Origin: a virus
Direction: 5' to 3' (one strand)
DNA: 64,000 nt
Virus record (IMG/VR): IMGVR_UViG_3300032753_002463
Span: 32,933 to 96,932 of that record
The position numbers and the translations under genes were made by a program. Below, in pieces: positions 30,448-39,864 of the stretch. Every line of letters begins with the position of its first letter. Position 1 is the first letter of the stretch. The notes below the pieces were generated by a model that was not told where the DNA came from, did no database searches, and saw only the letters and a list, made by a program, of their open reading frames with translations.

Positions 30448-30452
30448 CTTTC

Positions 30453-30481
30453 ATTATACAAATAATCGGATAAAAAGTTAC
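30453..30481 (-). promoter_or_regulatory. GTAACTT-N16-TATAAT promoter-like motif
   Basis: TATAAT ends 5 nt before the kdsD ATG. Confidence 0.45.
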
Positions 30482-30493
30482 AATTAAAAAAAA

Positions 30494-31492
30494 TTAGCGG
30501 ACAGATTTAATGCCTTGTAATACATCCATCCAATGATCACACATTTCGTGCATCATTTCTTCAAATGTATATACAGGTTCCCAATTTAATTGGCTTCTAA
30601 TTTTAGTAGAATCTCCCCTTAGATATGGTAATTCTTCAGGACGAAGAAATTTAGAATTTTGAACGATATAATTTTTATAATCTAATCCTAAATAAGAAAA
30701 AACAACATCACACATTTCCCTTACACTATGGGTTTCCATAGTAGAAACTACAAAATCATCAGCAACATCATTGTTTATTATCATGTGCATTGCCCTAACG
30801 TAATCTTTGGAATGTCCCCAATCCCGATAAGAATCCATATTGCCTAATTCTAAACTAGTGGATAACCCCAATTTAATTTCACAAGCACCCTTCACAACTT
30901 TATTGGTAACAAAATTTGAACCTCTTCGCGGAGACTCATGATTAAATAAGATACCATTACATGCGTGTAAACCATATGCTCTTCTATAATGCCTAACTAT
31001 ATTATAGCCAAAAACCTTACTACATCCATAGGGGGATACAGGGTTCATTGGTGTTGATTCCCTTTGAAAGAGATCCGGATCAACAGATAATCCAAACATC
31101 TCAGAGGAGCTTGCTTGGTAAAATTTTGCTTTTGGTACAATTCGTTTATAAGCTTCCAAAAGATTTATTACCCCAATTGAATTAGTCTGTACAGTATATT
31201 GGGGTATATCAAAGCTAATCCGAACATGGCTTTGAGCACCTATATTATAGATTTCATCAGGCTTAACTTCCGTTAAAATTTTTTCTATTGATGTTTGATC
31301 TGTTAGATCCCCGTAATGATTAAATAGGAGGGGGCTCGATAAAATCGGCATTAAACGGGCAGATTGATTCTCTGCTGTGGAATTTCTACGAATCATTCCA
31401 TGCACTTCATACCCAAGAGATAAAAGATATTGGGCAAGATAAGATCCATCCTGTCCATTTACACCAGTAATAAAAGCTTTTTTCCTCATCAA
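30494..31492 (-). CDS. gmd: GDP-mannose 4,6-dehydratase
   Basis: ITGVNGQDGSYLA, AQSHVRISF, YQASSSEMFG, SPYG.SK, GILFNHESPRRG, RDWGH. Confidence 0.97.
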   Translation of the reverse strand: MMRKKAFITGVNGQDGSYLAQYLLSLGYEVHGMIRRNSTAENQSARLMPILSSPLLFNHYGDLTDQTSIEKILTEVKPDEIYNIGAQSHVRISFDIPQYTVQTNSIGVINLLEAYKRIVPKAKFYQASSSEMFGLSVDPDLFQRESTPMNPVSPYGCSKVFGYNIVRHYRRAYGLHACNGILFNHESPRRGSNFVTNKVVKGACEIKLGLSTSLELGNMDSYRDWGHSKDYVRAMHMIINNDVADDFVVSTMETHSVREMCDVVFSYLGLDYKNYIVQNSKFLRPEELPYLRGDSTKIRSQLNWEPVYTFEEMMHEMCDHWMDVLQGIKSVR

Positions 31493-32104
31493 TTAAACTT
31501 TTAATTTTATTCCTTTTTCTTTAAAAAATTTCATCTGTGTTAGATCAGGCCAATCATTGACAGTCCATTTAACTGGGACTGTATCTATTGCATTTTTTAA
31601 TTTTTCTAATCCTATTTTTGCAGTTTCTGGTGTCATATAATAATGATATCCCATCATATCAATATCTTGATCTCTCCATAAAATATCAGGGACCCTACCA
31701 TCATATGACATCTTTTTCAGAGTCTCTGCTGCTTCTGGATTATTAGTAAGAATAATTCCTCCCCTACCTAAATTCAGATGTTTTTTAAACTGAAAACTAA
31801 CATTCATAAAAGTTCCTGGAATATAGCTATCTTTTTTCCACAAAACTGCTGCATCTATAACATCATCCGTTAAATAATAATAATCCTCCCAATTTTCATC
31901 CTTCCAAAAAAGATCGAGCCCTAATTTATATGCTAACATAGGAATAGATAAATAGGTTCTTTTAGGTACATAAATAGAGCTAGCGTTAGTATACCTTAAA
32001 CAAAGTTCTACTCCGTGGGTACAACAATCTACAGCAATGGCATATTTAGATCCAAAAAAATTAGCTATAGATTCTTCGAAATTTTTAATGCTGTCAAATC
32101 CCAT
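31493..32104 (-). CDS. Short DegT/DnrJ/EryC1/StrS PLP-dependent sugar aminotransferase
   Basis: FE...A.FFG.KYAIAV..CT, IDAA, SFQFKKHLNLGRGG, GYHYYM; only 203 aa. Confidence 0.85.
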   Translation of the reverse strand: MGFDSIKNFEESIANFFGSKYAIAVDCCTHGVELCLRYTNASSIYVPKRTYLSIPMLAYKLGLDLFWKDENWEDYYYLTDDVIDAAVLWKKDSYIPGTFMNVSFQFKKHLNLGRGGIILTNNPEAAETLKKMSYDGRVPDILWRDQDIDMMGYHYYMTPETAKIGLEKLKNAIDTVPVKWTVNDWPDLTQMKFFKEKGIKLKV

Positions 32105-32105
32105 T

Positions 32106-32951
32106 TTATTTTATTTTTAATATTTTTTTCGTTTGCTCGATCATTGAAATTTGTAATGACTTATACTTCATCGATCTAATATAATTATCCTCTATTGCAC
32201 TTGTCATTGAAAAATAAGTTTCTGGTGTTATACTGTTACAAATTTCAATAATTTCTTCCAGACTTTTTGCATATAAAATTCCATCTATATTAAAAAAATC
32301 CCCTATGTTTTCCGGACCGTAATAAATAGGAATGGTCTTAGTTTGAAAACAGTCTATAATTTTTTCCGAGAAAGCGTTTCTAATTAAATTAGTATTTTCG
32401 ATTGCAAGGTGAAATTGACTATCGAAAAGAGGATTTTTACTTACGCCAAGAACTAATTTATCTTTATATTCAATATCATCTATAGGTGAATGTGTACTTA
32501 GATAGAACTTCTTTTCTGGTAAAATCTTATGCTTGGAATTAAATATATTCCATCTAACAATATATCCATCTAATAGAGGTAAATATTGGCTATTGTGCTT
32601 ATTACCAAAAATTCCAGAGATACTAAATTCTTTATCCTTGAATTCATAAGGTTGACTAATCCATGTTGTAGGAGTAATAGATAGTAGAGAATTAGGGTAT
32701 TGTTTTAATATATCCTCATGATAAGTGAAGATATAATCATAGCAATGCTGATATTCCTCTAGATATTGGAGCATTCTCTCCTTAAGATAATCAAATGGCT
32801 CCATTAAAGCTATGATCCTAAATTTACCATCCGGAGTAGGATCATAAGGTCCATGGTCAATGTATATTTCAACATCGGATTCATAATCAATATCGCATAG
32901 AAATGTAGACCCATTAGGAATCCAACTAGCGTTTATAGAGATTTTACTCAT
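32106..32951 (-). CDS. GT10 (alpha-1,3-fucosyltransferase-like) glycosyltransferase
   Basis: FHLAIENT...FSEKIIDCF...TIPIYYG. Confidence 0.8.
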   Translation of the reverse strand: MSKISINASWIPNGSTFLCDIDYESDVEIYIDHGPYDPTPDGKFRIIALMEPFDYLKERMLQYLEEYQHCYDYIFTYHEDILKQYPNSLLSITPTTWISQPYEFKDKEFSISGIFGNKHNSQYLPLLDGYIVRWNIFNSKHKILPEKKFYLSTHSPIDDIEYKDKLVLGVSKNPLFDSQFHLAIENTNLIRNAFSEKIIDCFQTKTIPIYYGPENIGDFFNIDGILYAKSLEEIIEICNSITPETYFSMTSAIEDNYIRSMKYKSLQISMIEQTKKILKIK

Positions 32952-33846
32952 TCTCTAAATAGGTCTTTATATTATTGCTATCGTTACACCATTTAGAAGC
33001 ATACTTTCCTTCTAAAGGTCTGGAAAACATTGGATGATAGTGCTTATCACAGCCGCTAAAGAAATAGTGATTTGCTTGAGTTAAACGGGTTTTATTTAAA
33101 TCAGTAACACCCGGAACATTACATCCACCATGTAGCATATTTGATGCCCAGATTAAAGCTTGTCCTTTTTTTAATTTTACTATATATGGATTTGCTTTCT
33201 TAGCTTCCACTAGATCTATAATAAATTTTTCATATTTCTCATAATTTATTGCTTCTCCATTAGGTATATCATCAGGATGTGGTAATTTAAGATTGTGATA
33301 TTCATACGTGTTCCATTTATGACTACCAGGGACTATTCTTAATGAACCATTAGTTTCATCAACATCCTCAAAAGCAACCCAAACTCCAGCCATCCATAAA
33401 AAAGGAATTGTATGAAAATGTATAATATCACTATGTAGTGGCTGATTACTTCCTTTAATAAAATTGATAGTGGAAAAAGGAAATGGTTCTTTATCATATA
33501 AAAAGGTAAGGGTCTCTAATATTTTTTTATTCATTGTTAGATTAGCAATATTTTTACTTTTCCTCCAATGCTCAAAAATCCTCTTACTTTCACTATATGT
33601 AAAATGGTCTGCATGATATTTTGTTGCTTCGTCGATTAGTGCGGATTGCATATCACTAACAATATGCAATATTTCAGAATCCTTTAATTCTAGATCTATA
33701 ATTAAATATCCATCTTCGTGATATTTAATACACATCTCTTTTTGTTCTGGTGTTAGTACTGTATCATTTTCTAACAATTGGTAGAAAAAAGGAGATTCTA
33801 TCCATGGTATATCCAATAAATGCTTATCCGTGAAATAATTACTCAT
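32944..33846 (-). CDS. PhyH-family Fe(II)/2-oxoglutarate dioxygenase
   Basis: HSD (HxD), WVAFEDVDETNGSLRIVPGSH, LHGG, R.T. Confidence 0.9.
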   Translation of the reverse strand: MSNYFTDKHLLDIPWIESPFFYQLLENDTVLTPEQKEMCIKYHEDGYLIIDLELKDSEILHIVSDMQSALIDEATKYHADHFTYSESKRIFEHWRKSKNIANLTMNKKILETLTFLYDKEPFPFSTINFIKGSNQPLHSDIIHFHTIPFLWMAGVWVAFEDVDETNGSLRIVPGSHKWNTYEYHNLKLPHPDDIPNGEAINYEKYEKFIIDLVEAKKANPYIVKLKKGQALIWASNMLHGGCNVPGVTDLNKTRLTQANHYFFSGCDKHYHPMFSRPLEGKYASKWCNDSNNIKTYLENE

Positions 33847-34363
33847 AATTCATTAATTTTTTTCCTGATGCTAATATTCTTTCTTTTTCCCTTGCCTTAA
33901 TTGGTTTAGCTGGGCTACCTCCATAAACCATCCAAGGCTCTGTATCTTTAGTAACTAAAGAATTTGCACCAATGATACATCCTTCTCCAAGGGTTACTCC
34001 AGGCAAAACACTACAATTAACTCCTAATGTAGCATACCGCTTAAATATAACAGGTTTATTAATAACAGTCCTATATTCTATAGGAACAACAGGAGAGATC
34101 AGACCTTGTATAAAATCATCGGACGCGCAAACTATCCTACTACCAGATCCAATATTTGTAAAATCCTCCATTACTAATAATGCAGGTGCTCCTCCTATAA
34201 TAGAGACACTTGGCGCAATGTGAATATAATTACCCAGCTGTGCTTGTGTTGAAATATAAGTCCACGCATCGATAGCTATATGACTTCCAAGCTCAATTAA
34301 TTCAGGTCTTGAGATAATTGCAAGCTCACTAATTCTTACGTCTGTTCCAATTTTTTTATACAT
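33839..34363 (-). CDS. Hexapeptide-repeat acyl/acetyltransferase
   Basis: LGVNCSVLPGVTLGEGCIIGANSLVTKD...YGGSPAKPIK. Confidence 0.9.
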   Translation of the reverse strand: MYKKIGTDVRISELAIISRPELIELGSHIAIDAWTYISTQAQLGNYIHIAPSVSIIGGAPALLVMEDFTNIGSGSRIVCASDDFIQGLISPVVPIEYRTVINKPVIFKRYATLGVNCSVLPGVTLGEGCIIGANSLVTKDTEPWMVYGGSPAKPIKAREKERILASGKKLMNYE

Positions 34364-34377
34364 AACTAAATAATTTA

Positions 34378-35319
34378 TTAATAATCAATAACAATTGATC
34401 CCCAAGTCCACCCAGAGCCAATAGCGGTTAGTAATATTTTATCTCCTCTATCTATCTCCCCATTTATAATTGCTTCATGTAATGCAATTGGTATAGAAGC
34501 ACCAGCTAAATTAGCATATCTGTCCATCACAGTTTTTATTTGTTCGAATGGCATTTCTAATTGCTCTGCAATTATTTTTAAGATATTGATGCTTGGTTGA
34601 TGAGGTATTATCTTCTTTATATCTTTTACTGAAAGATTAGTTTCAAAAAGGACTGCACGGATTGAATTTGGTAGGGTTGAAATAGCTTGTTCCCAAACTT
34701 CTTTCCCCTTCATGATAAAGGGTCCTTCTAATGGCATGGTAAACCCTGTCATTCCTGTTCCCCCACCATTAGATTCAATTTTACTATAAATCCAACCACC
34801 ATTACTTTCTCCTAAAATAACTGCTCCTGCACCATCACCAAAAAATACACAATGCTGATCATTCCAATTAGTATGAGATGAATATGATTCTGTTGCTATT
34901 ATTAGTATATTATTAAAAGACTTAGAATTTATTAAGGAACTAGCTATTGACATAGCATAAACAAATCCAGAACAGACTGCATTAATATCAAAAGAGGGAA
35001 TATTTCTTTCCAATTTCAATTTATTGTGTATAGTACATGCAGTCGAGGGTGAAATTTTTTCGGGACTGGAGGTTGCAACTATTATCATGTCTATATCTTC
35101 TTTATCCATTTTTGCATTTTCCAAAGCTAGTAATGCGGATCTATACCCCATTTCAGAAACTGTTTCCTCTATTGAAGAAATCCTTCTTTCCTTTATTCCT
35201 AATTTATTAAATATCCATTCATCAGTAGTATTTACTTTCTGCGCAATGTCCTCATTTGTTAGGATCTTTGATGGCAAATATGACGATGTTCCTTTTATAC
35301 TAATGTTGGTGTATTTCAT
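34378..35319 (-). CDS. fabH: 3-oxoacyl-ACP synthase III (KAS III)
   Basis: DINAVCSGF (Cys), FGDGAGA, IPHQ (His), YANLAGASIP (Asn), G.G.TWG. Confidence 0.92.
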   Translation of the reverse strand: MKYTNISIKGTSSYLPSKILTNEDIAQKVNTTDEWIFNKLGIKERRISSIEETVSEMGYRSALLALENAKMDKEDIDMIIVATSSPEKISPSTACTIHNKLKLERNIPSFDINAVCSGFVYAMSIASSLINSKSFNNILIIATESYSSHTNWNDQHCVFFGDGAGAVILGESNGGWIYSKIESNGGGTGMTGFTMPLEGPFIMKGKEVWEQAISTLPNSIRAVLFETNLSVKDIKKIIPHQPSINILKIIAEQLEMPFEQIKTVMDRYANLAGASIPIALHEAIINGEIDRGDKILLTAIGSGWTWGSIVIDY

Positions 35320-35322
35320 AAT

Positions 35323-36117
35323 CTATAGTTTTATCCAGGATTCTGGTATAATATCAGTGTCTATATAACCAGGATCATTAGTTCCAAACCATTTTCCAGG
35401 GGTAACTACTTTTTTAACCGGATTTTTATTTAACCAAGCTCCCCACCAAGAAAAACTCGAGCTTGATATAATATTATGATCGCACATAGACATTAAAAAA
35501 AGTTCAATATAATCCTTATCCGAGATAAATACGAAATTATCCCCTTTGAAGTTAGCCCTAGCATAATCAGGGTCATCGCTAAAAACCAAATAAGTTTTTG
35601 CCTGGATAATATCCATAGCAGATTTGTACCATTCTATCGTCTTAGTATGATGTTTACTACTTTGGTCTAAAGAATAGTCCCCGCGTCGAACATGAATTGC
35701 ACAAGTACCATCACCTAAAAATTGTTTATATTTTTCTATCTTCTCTAGTACAAATTCAGATGGCTCGAAAAGGTTTAATATATAATTTCTGTTAGTAAAA
35801 TATTTCTCTGTCTGGAAGTAGCCATGATAAATTGTTCCATCAACAAATTTAATAGGAACAAAATGAAATGGGCAAATAATCTTATTAGTAAAGATACCCT
35901 GTGTTTCCCAATGAAAATTTTTAAAAATCTTCAAATAGTCTTGTGTTGATACATCGGATGTTGGATATACACGGGCCCTATCATTTTGAACCTTAGCTAA
36001 ATGAGATTCCACATTAGGAAATACTGCCTTAGTATTATTTGCTAATGCAGTATTTTCTATTGCAGCAATAACAAACATCATATTGCCTAATCCTCCGAGT
36101 ATATTACCTCCTATCAT
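35323..36117 (-). CDS. GT11 (alpha-1,2-fucosyltransferase-like) glycosyltransferase
   Basis: GGLGNMMF, GYFQ.EKYF, AIHVRRGDY, FSDD, SSFSWWGAWLN. Confidence 0.92.
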   Translation of the reverse strand: MIGGNILGGLGNMMFVIAAIENTALANNTKAVFPNVESHLAKVQNDRARVYPTSDVSTQDYLKIFKNFHWETQGIFTNKIICPFHFVPIKFVDGTIYHGYFQTEKYFTNRNYILNLFEPSEFVLEKIEKYKQFLGDGTCAIHVRRGDYSLDQSSKHHTKTIEWYKSAMDIIQAKTYLVFSDDPDYARANFKGDNFVFISDKDYIELFLMSMCDHNIISSSSFSWWGAWLNKNPVKKVVTPGKWFGTNDPGYIDTDIIPESWIKL

Positions 36118-36524
36118 AAAAAAACCTTATCTAACTTTTGGCCCTCATATGGTCCAGTTTTATATTCATAAACAACAGTATTATCTTCTAAGATTTCATA
36201 CGTATGTCCTCCATAGAGAGTAAAACTTGCATCCCCTGGATATAATATTGGTTCTGCTATAAGACTACCGTCGAGATCATAAAATTTACATTTCACGCTT
36301 CCCCTAATTACTACCCAAGATTCCTGTGCTATTTGTGCTTCATAAGACCTTTTTTTTGTTATATGCTTATGTGCAGGAAATGTTTTTCCATTTTCCATTA
36401 ATAAAGTAGCACATTGTATGAAATTATCAGGAGGCACTATTTCAGTTCTTCCTGTTATTTCTGATAATCTATTAATGATATGCAGTAGTTTATTTTCTTC
36501 TACTCTTGAATATATATTTTCCAT
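36114..36524 (-). CDS. WbuC-like cupin
   Basis: AHKH...QE...G...GGH.Y......YEYKTGPY. Confidence 0.7.
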   Translation of the reverse strand: MENIYSRVEENKLLHIINRLSEITGRTEIVPPDNFIQCATLLMENGKTFPAHKHITKKRSYEAQIAQESWVVIRGSVKCKFYDLDGSLIAEPILYPGDASFTLYGGHTYEILEDNTVVYEYKTGPYEGQKLDKVFL

Positions 36525-36525
36525 A

Positions 36526-37242
36526 TTAATTAGTATTATTGCTTGGATAAAAAGGTCTTATAATTATTTCAGATATATTGGCATTATTTGGCAATTCTAT
36601 TGCATTAATGATTTGAGTAGCTACTAATTCAGGGGTCATTCCTATATCAAATGTAGGCTTAAATTGTTTTAATAAAGATTCATTTTTTGTTTTGTCTATA
36701 AAAGGAGTATTAACTGTTCCTGGCGAGATTGTTGTTACTCTCACTTTTTTGCTAAGGTCCGCTCTAATTCCTTCGCTAATTGCTAATACTGCATGTTTTG
36801 TTGCACAATATACACCAGAATTAGGGAAAATATGATGAGATGCAACAGATCCTAAATTTATTATGTGACCATTTTCTTTAATTAAATTAGGTAAGAAAGT
36901 ATGTAGTACATTTAATAGCCCTTTAATATTAACGTCTATCATGGTATTCCAATCCTCTAATTTACCATCCTGTAAATTATCAAAAATCCCAATTCCTGCA
37001 TTATTTATAAGTACATCTATGCCAGTTATTTTATTTTTTACTTCCCTTTCCATTAATATAACATCCTCTATTTTAGTTATATCGGTTTTAAAATAAAAAG
37101 CATTAGGCCGATCTTTTACCAAATTAATCAAAGCCTCTTCGTTTCTCCCTGTTAAAAATACAGTGTGTCCATTAGCAGTAGCCAATTCAAAAGTTGCTTT
37201 ACCAATACCACTAGTAGCACCAGTAATTAAAATTCTTTTCAT
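36526..37242 (-). CDS. Classical SDR oxidoreductase
   Basis: TGATSGIG, NNAG, S...YCATK, SPG.V.T. Confidence 0.92.
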   Translation of the reverse strand: MKRILITGATSGIGKATFELATANGHTVFLTGRNEEALINLVKDRPNAFYFKTDITKIEDVILMEREVKNKITGIDVLINNAGIGIFDNLQDGKLEDWNTMIDVNIKGLLNVLHTFLPNLIKENGHIINLGSVASHHIFPNSGVYCATKHAVLAISEGIRADLSKKVRVTTISPGTVNTPFIDKTKNESLLKQFKPTFDIGMTPELVATQIINAIELPNNANISEIIIRPFYPSNNTN

Positions 37243-37907
37243 CTGATATTATTTGTATGCTCGTTAAATTTTCTTTCCATCCAACTATAATCAGCAAAAG
37301 CATTATGAATATCACTATGATTACTAATTTGGACTGCTGTTATTGGATATGTGCAATAGCAAGGAAAATTTTCCTGTCCATATTCTGCTAACCAAACATC
37401 TATAATAGATATCAAGCCTTTATTAAAGTGTTCCAAATAATAATCATAAAAACTTTCGTGATATGCAATTGCATGGGTAGCAAAACCCCTTTTAAGTCTT
37501 AGGAGATTATCGTCTGCTCTTTCTAGCGGAATATGTAAATTAGTTCCTAGATAAAACAAGGACCAATCTTTCGTTTTTAATTGATTTATAGATTTTTCAA
37601 TAGAATCAACATTGATAAGATCAACATCATCCTCAAATATTAATACAGATTTCCATTTATTTTCTTTTGCCTTTTTAATAATATTAATATGAGAAAGTAA
37701 ACAACCATATAAGGGGATTTTAATTTTTTCCGTATCTGGCGTAAATGGTATATTACCATCATCAACTGGAATTACACCCGAAAATCTTTCAACTAAATCC
37801 AATATATTATGTTTGCCGAATAAAATATTACATCTTTCTAATCTATCTAATCTTTTATCTAGATTAATTAGGAATATTTTGTCAAAGTATTGGAATGCTT
37901 CTCTCAT
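37239..37907 (-). CDS. GT25-family glycosyltransferase
   Basis: INLDKRLDR, GCLLSH, LIFEDD, THA.AY. Confidence 0.85.
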   Translation of the reverse strand: MREAFQYFDKIFLINLDKRLDRLERCNILFGKHNILDLVERFSGVIPVDDGNIPFTPDTEKIKIPLYGCLLSHINIIKKAKENKWKSVLIFEDDVDLINVDSIEKSINQLKTKDWSLFYLGTNLHIPLERADDNLLRLKRGFATHAIAYHESFYDYYLEHFNKGLISIIDVWLAEYGQENFPCYCTYPITAVQISNHSDIHNAFADYSWMERKFNEHTNNIR

Positions 37908-38992
37908 TGGATATTTTTTATAAAAAAACCTGATATTAGTTCTATGAATTTTAATTTGTCACCTTGACAAAAATGTGTAAATCCATCATGAAGTCTTCGT
38001 TGTTCTCCTAAATCTGGATTAGTCGATCCATTATTTCGGGGATGATTCATATGAAACATATCAATTAAGGGTTCATTACACCCATCTACACCTATTGTAC
38101 ATAATAATTTATCATAAAAGAAAGCATCCTCACAAGAGTAGCTATGGAAAAATTCAGCATCAAATCCTCCAACATTAAAAAAATCCTTCTTACTAATGAA
38201 TATTGATCCACCAGGTGCACCAGCAGCACAATATGTAGAACCATCCTCGCCAATAATTAATTTGCCTATTGTAGTATCCTTATTAATAATAGAGGTAGTT
38301 CTTCTATCGTCCATAACAACTATTCTTCTACCTCCAAATGCTTGTATAGGTTTAGTATATGATGTCCTTTCTAAATTTTTAAATAGATTTTCAAAAAAAT
38401 CCTCTTTCATCAATAGGTCAAGATCATGAAATAAATAGAATTCAGCATTGTTTGCAAACAATGCCCCAACATTCATTGCTAAACATTTATTAAAATGATC
38501 CCTCTCATTTTTTTTAATCCATATATGATTAGCTTTTCCATAACAATAATTACGATGTGCACCAATAGACCCATGCTCAACGAAAGTAATGGAATATTTT
38601 TTATCTGGATAATATTCCATTGCTTTTTGAAAATGCGATATCAAGGGTGCAGTAAAATTTTCACGCCCAAGAACTGGTATAATAATAGAAAGGTCTACTG
38701 GTTCATTATTATGAAAATAAAATTCACATCCATCCTTTATAGAATTATAATCTATTCGGTTGCTCATGTACACATGGATCAAATCCGAGAGAGTCTTTTT
38801 ATGTGGATGCATTGTGATTAGATCTTTATTATTTTGGTCAGGAGGAATATTTTTTGGTGGCGGTGGTGGCGGTGGCAATGCAGCTTCCTTAATTTGGTCT
38901 ACCTGCTGTTGAAGTATTTGTTTAATCCTACTAGATGCATTAATAGATTTACTGACTATCATTCTTCTATTTTTGTTAATGTATCTACTCAT
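37904..38992 (-). CDS. GT2/GT7C-like glycosyltransferase with poly-Pro N-terminal extension
   Basis: SIIIPV.GR, FNK..AMNVG, FHDLD, VGGFDAEF..Y..ED. Confidence 0.8.
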   Translation of the reverse strand: MSRYINKNRRMIVSKSINASSRIKQILQQQVDQIKEAALPPPPPPPKNIPPDQNNKDLITMHPHKKTLSDLIHVYMSNRIDYNSIKDGCEFYFHNNEPVDLSIIIPVLGRENFTAPLISHFQKAMEYYPDKKYSITFVEHGSIGAHRNYCYGKANHIWIKKNERDHFNKCLAMNVGALFANNAEFYLFHDLDLLMKEDFFENLFKNLERTSYTKPIQAFGGRRIVVMDDRRTTSIINKDTTIGKLIIGEDGSTYCAAGAPGGSIFISKKDFFNVGGFDAEFFHSYSCEDAFFYDKLLCTIGVDGCNEPLIDMFHMNHPRNNGSTNPDLGEQRRLHDGFTHFCQGDKLKFIELISGFFIKNIQ

Positions 38993-39013
38993 AATTACTA
39001 CATATGTTTTAAT

Positions 39014-39021
39014 TATATATC
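39014..39021 (-). promoter_or_regulatory. GATATATA late-promoter-like motif
   Basis: 21 nt upstream of the 38992 ATG, heading the downstream sugar genes. Confidence 0.65.
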
Positions 39022-39042
39022 CCTCGTTAATTTCCCTTTTTA

Positions 39043-39864
39043 CTAAAGATCTAATACATTTTGTGGCCTATTAGGATCCCCTAATCCTAAAGATAATGAT
39101 CTTTTTACTAATTCTTTTTTATCTGTATTTCTAGCTCTTTCAAATAACCTTTCATTAACCCCCATATTAATACCATCCTTATTAAAATGGCTTAAATGTA
39201 TTATAGGATAATTAATTTTAGGTAAATCTGTATCTTTATCTATTCCTAATATAGATTTAATAATTTCAACTGCAGCTTTATCTTCCCAGCCATACCTAAA
39301 AAAATCTTCAGGATATCCCCCAAATTCCTCCCAGTACCATTTTCTCTCAAAAACAAGAACTGCACCATATCCACACCCCCTTGTAAACGTTTCAAATCTA
39401 AAAACGGGATCTTTGGGTCCTCCGTTGCCATAATTATAAATAGCTGGAAAATTTCTCCCTGCCAGAAATATTTGTGTTATTGGTTCTTGATATATCCAAT
39501 GATATAGATTTGCCCCGCCTGCGAAGAGAAAATTTGTATTCGATATTTCAGTAAAGTAGTTTTCTTGAAATACCATATCTGCATCCATTAATACTATTTT
39601 TTCTCCAGATGCAATTTTAGCACCAACATTACGACACCAGCTAAGATTAAATCCACGATTATATGGGTCTTTAATACCAATCCATTGGTATCCCTCTGAT
39701 TTTATAGACTCCTTATAGAAAGATCCATCTAAAGATTGCTCAACTATAATAACCTCATAGTCCTTATAATTTTGATTTTCTATAGACTTTATACAATGGA
39801 TAAAATTTCTTTGCCTTAATGAATCATTTCCAGCAACTGGAATGATTACTGATATTTTGCTCAT
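39043..39864 (-). CDS. GT2/GT7C-like glycosyltransferase
   Basis: ISVIIP, VEQ, FNLSWCRNVGA, MDAD, GGYPEDFFRYGWED. Confidence 0.85.
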   Translation of the reverse strand: MSKISVIIPVAGNDSLRQRNFIHCIKSIENQNYKDYEVIIVEQSLDGSFYKESIKSEGYQWIGIKDPYNRGFNLSWCRNVGAKIASGEKIVLMDADMVFQENYFTEISNTNFLFAGGANLYHWIYQEPITQIFLAGRNFPAIYNYGNGGPKDPVFRFETFTRGCGYGAVLVFERKWYWEEFGGYPEDFFRYGWEDKAAVEIIKSILGIDKDTDLPKINYPIIHLSHFNKDGINMGVNERLFERARNTDKKELVKRSLSLGLGDPNRPQNVLDL

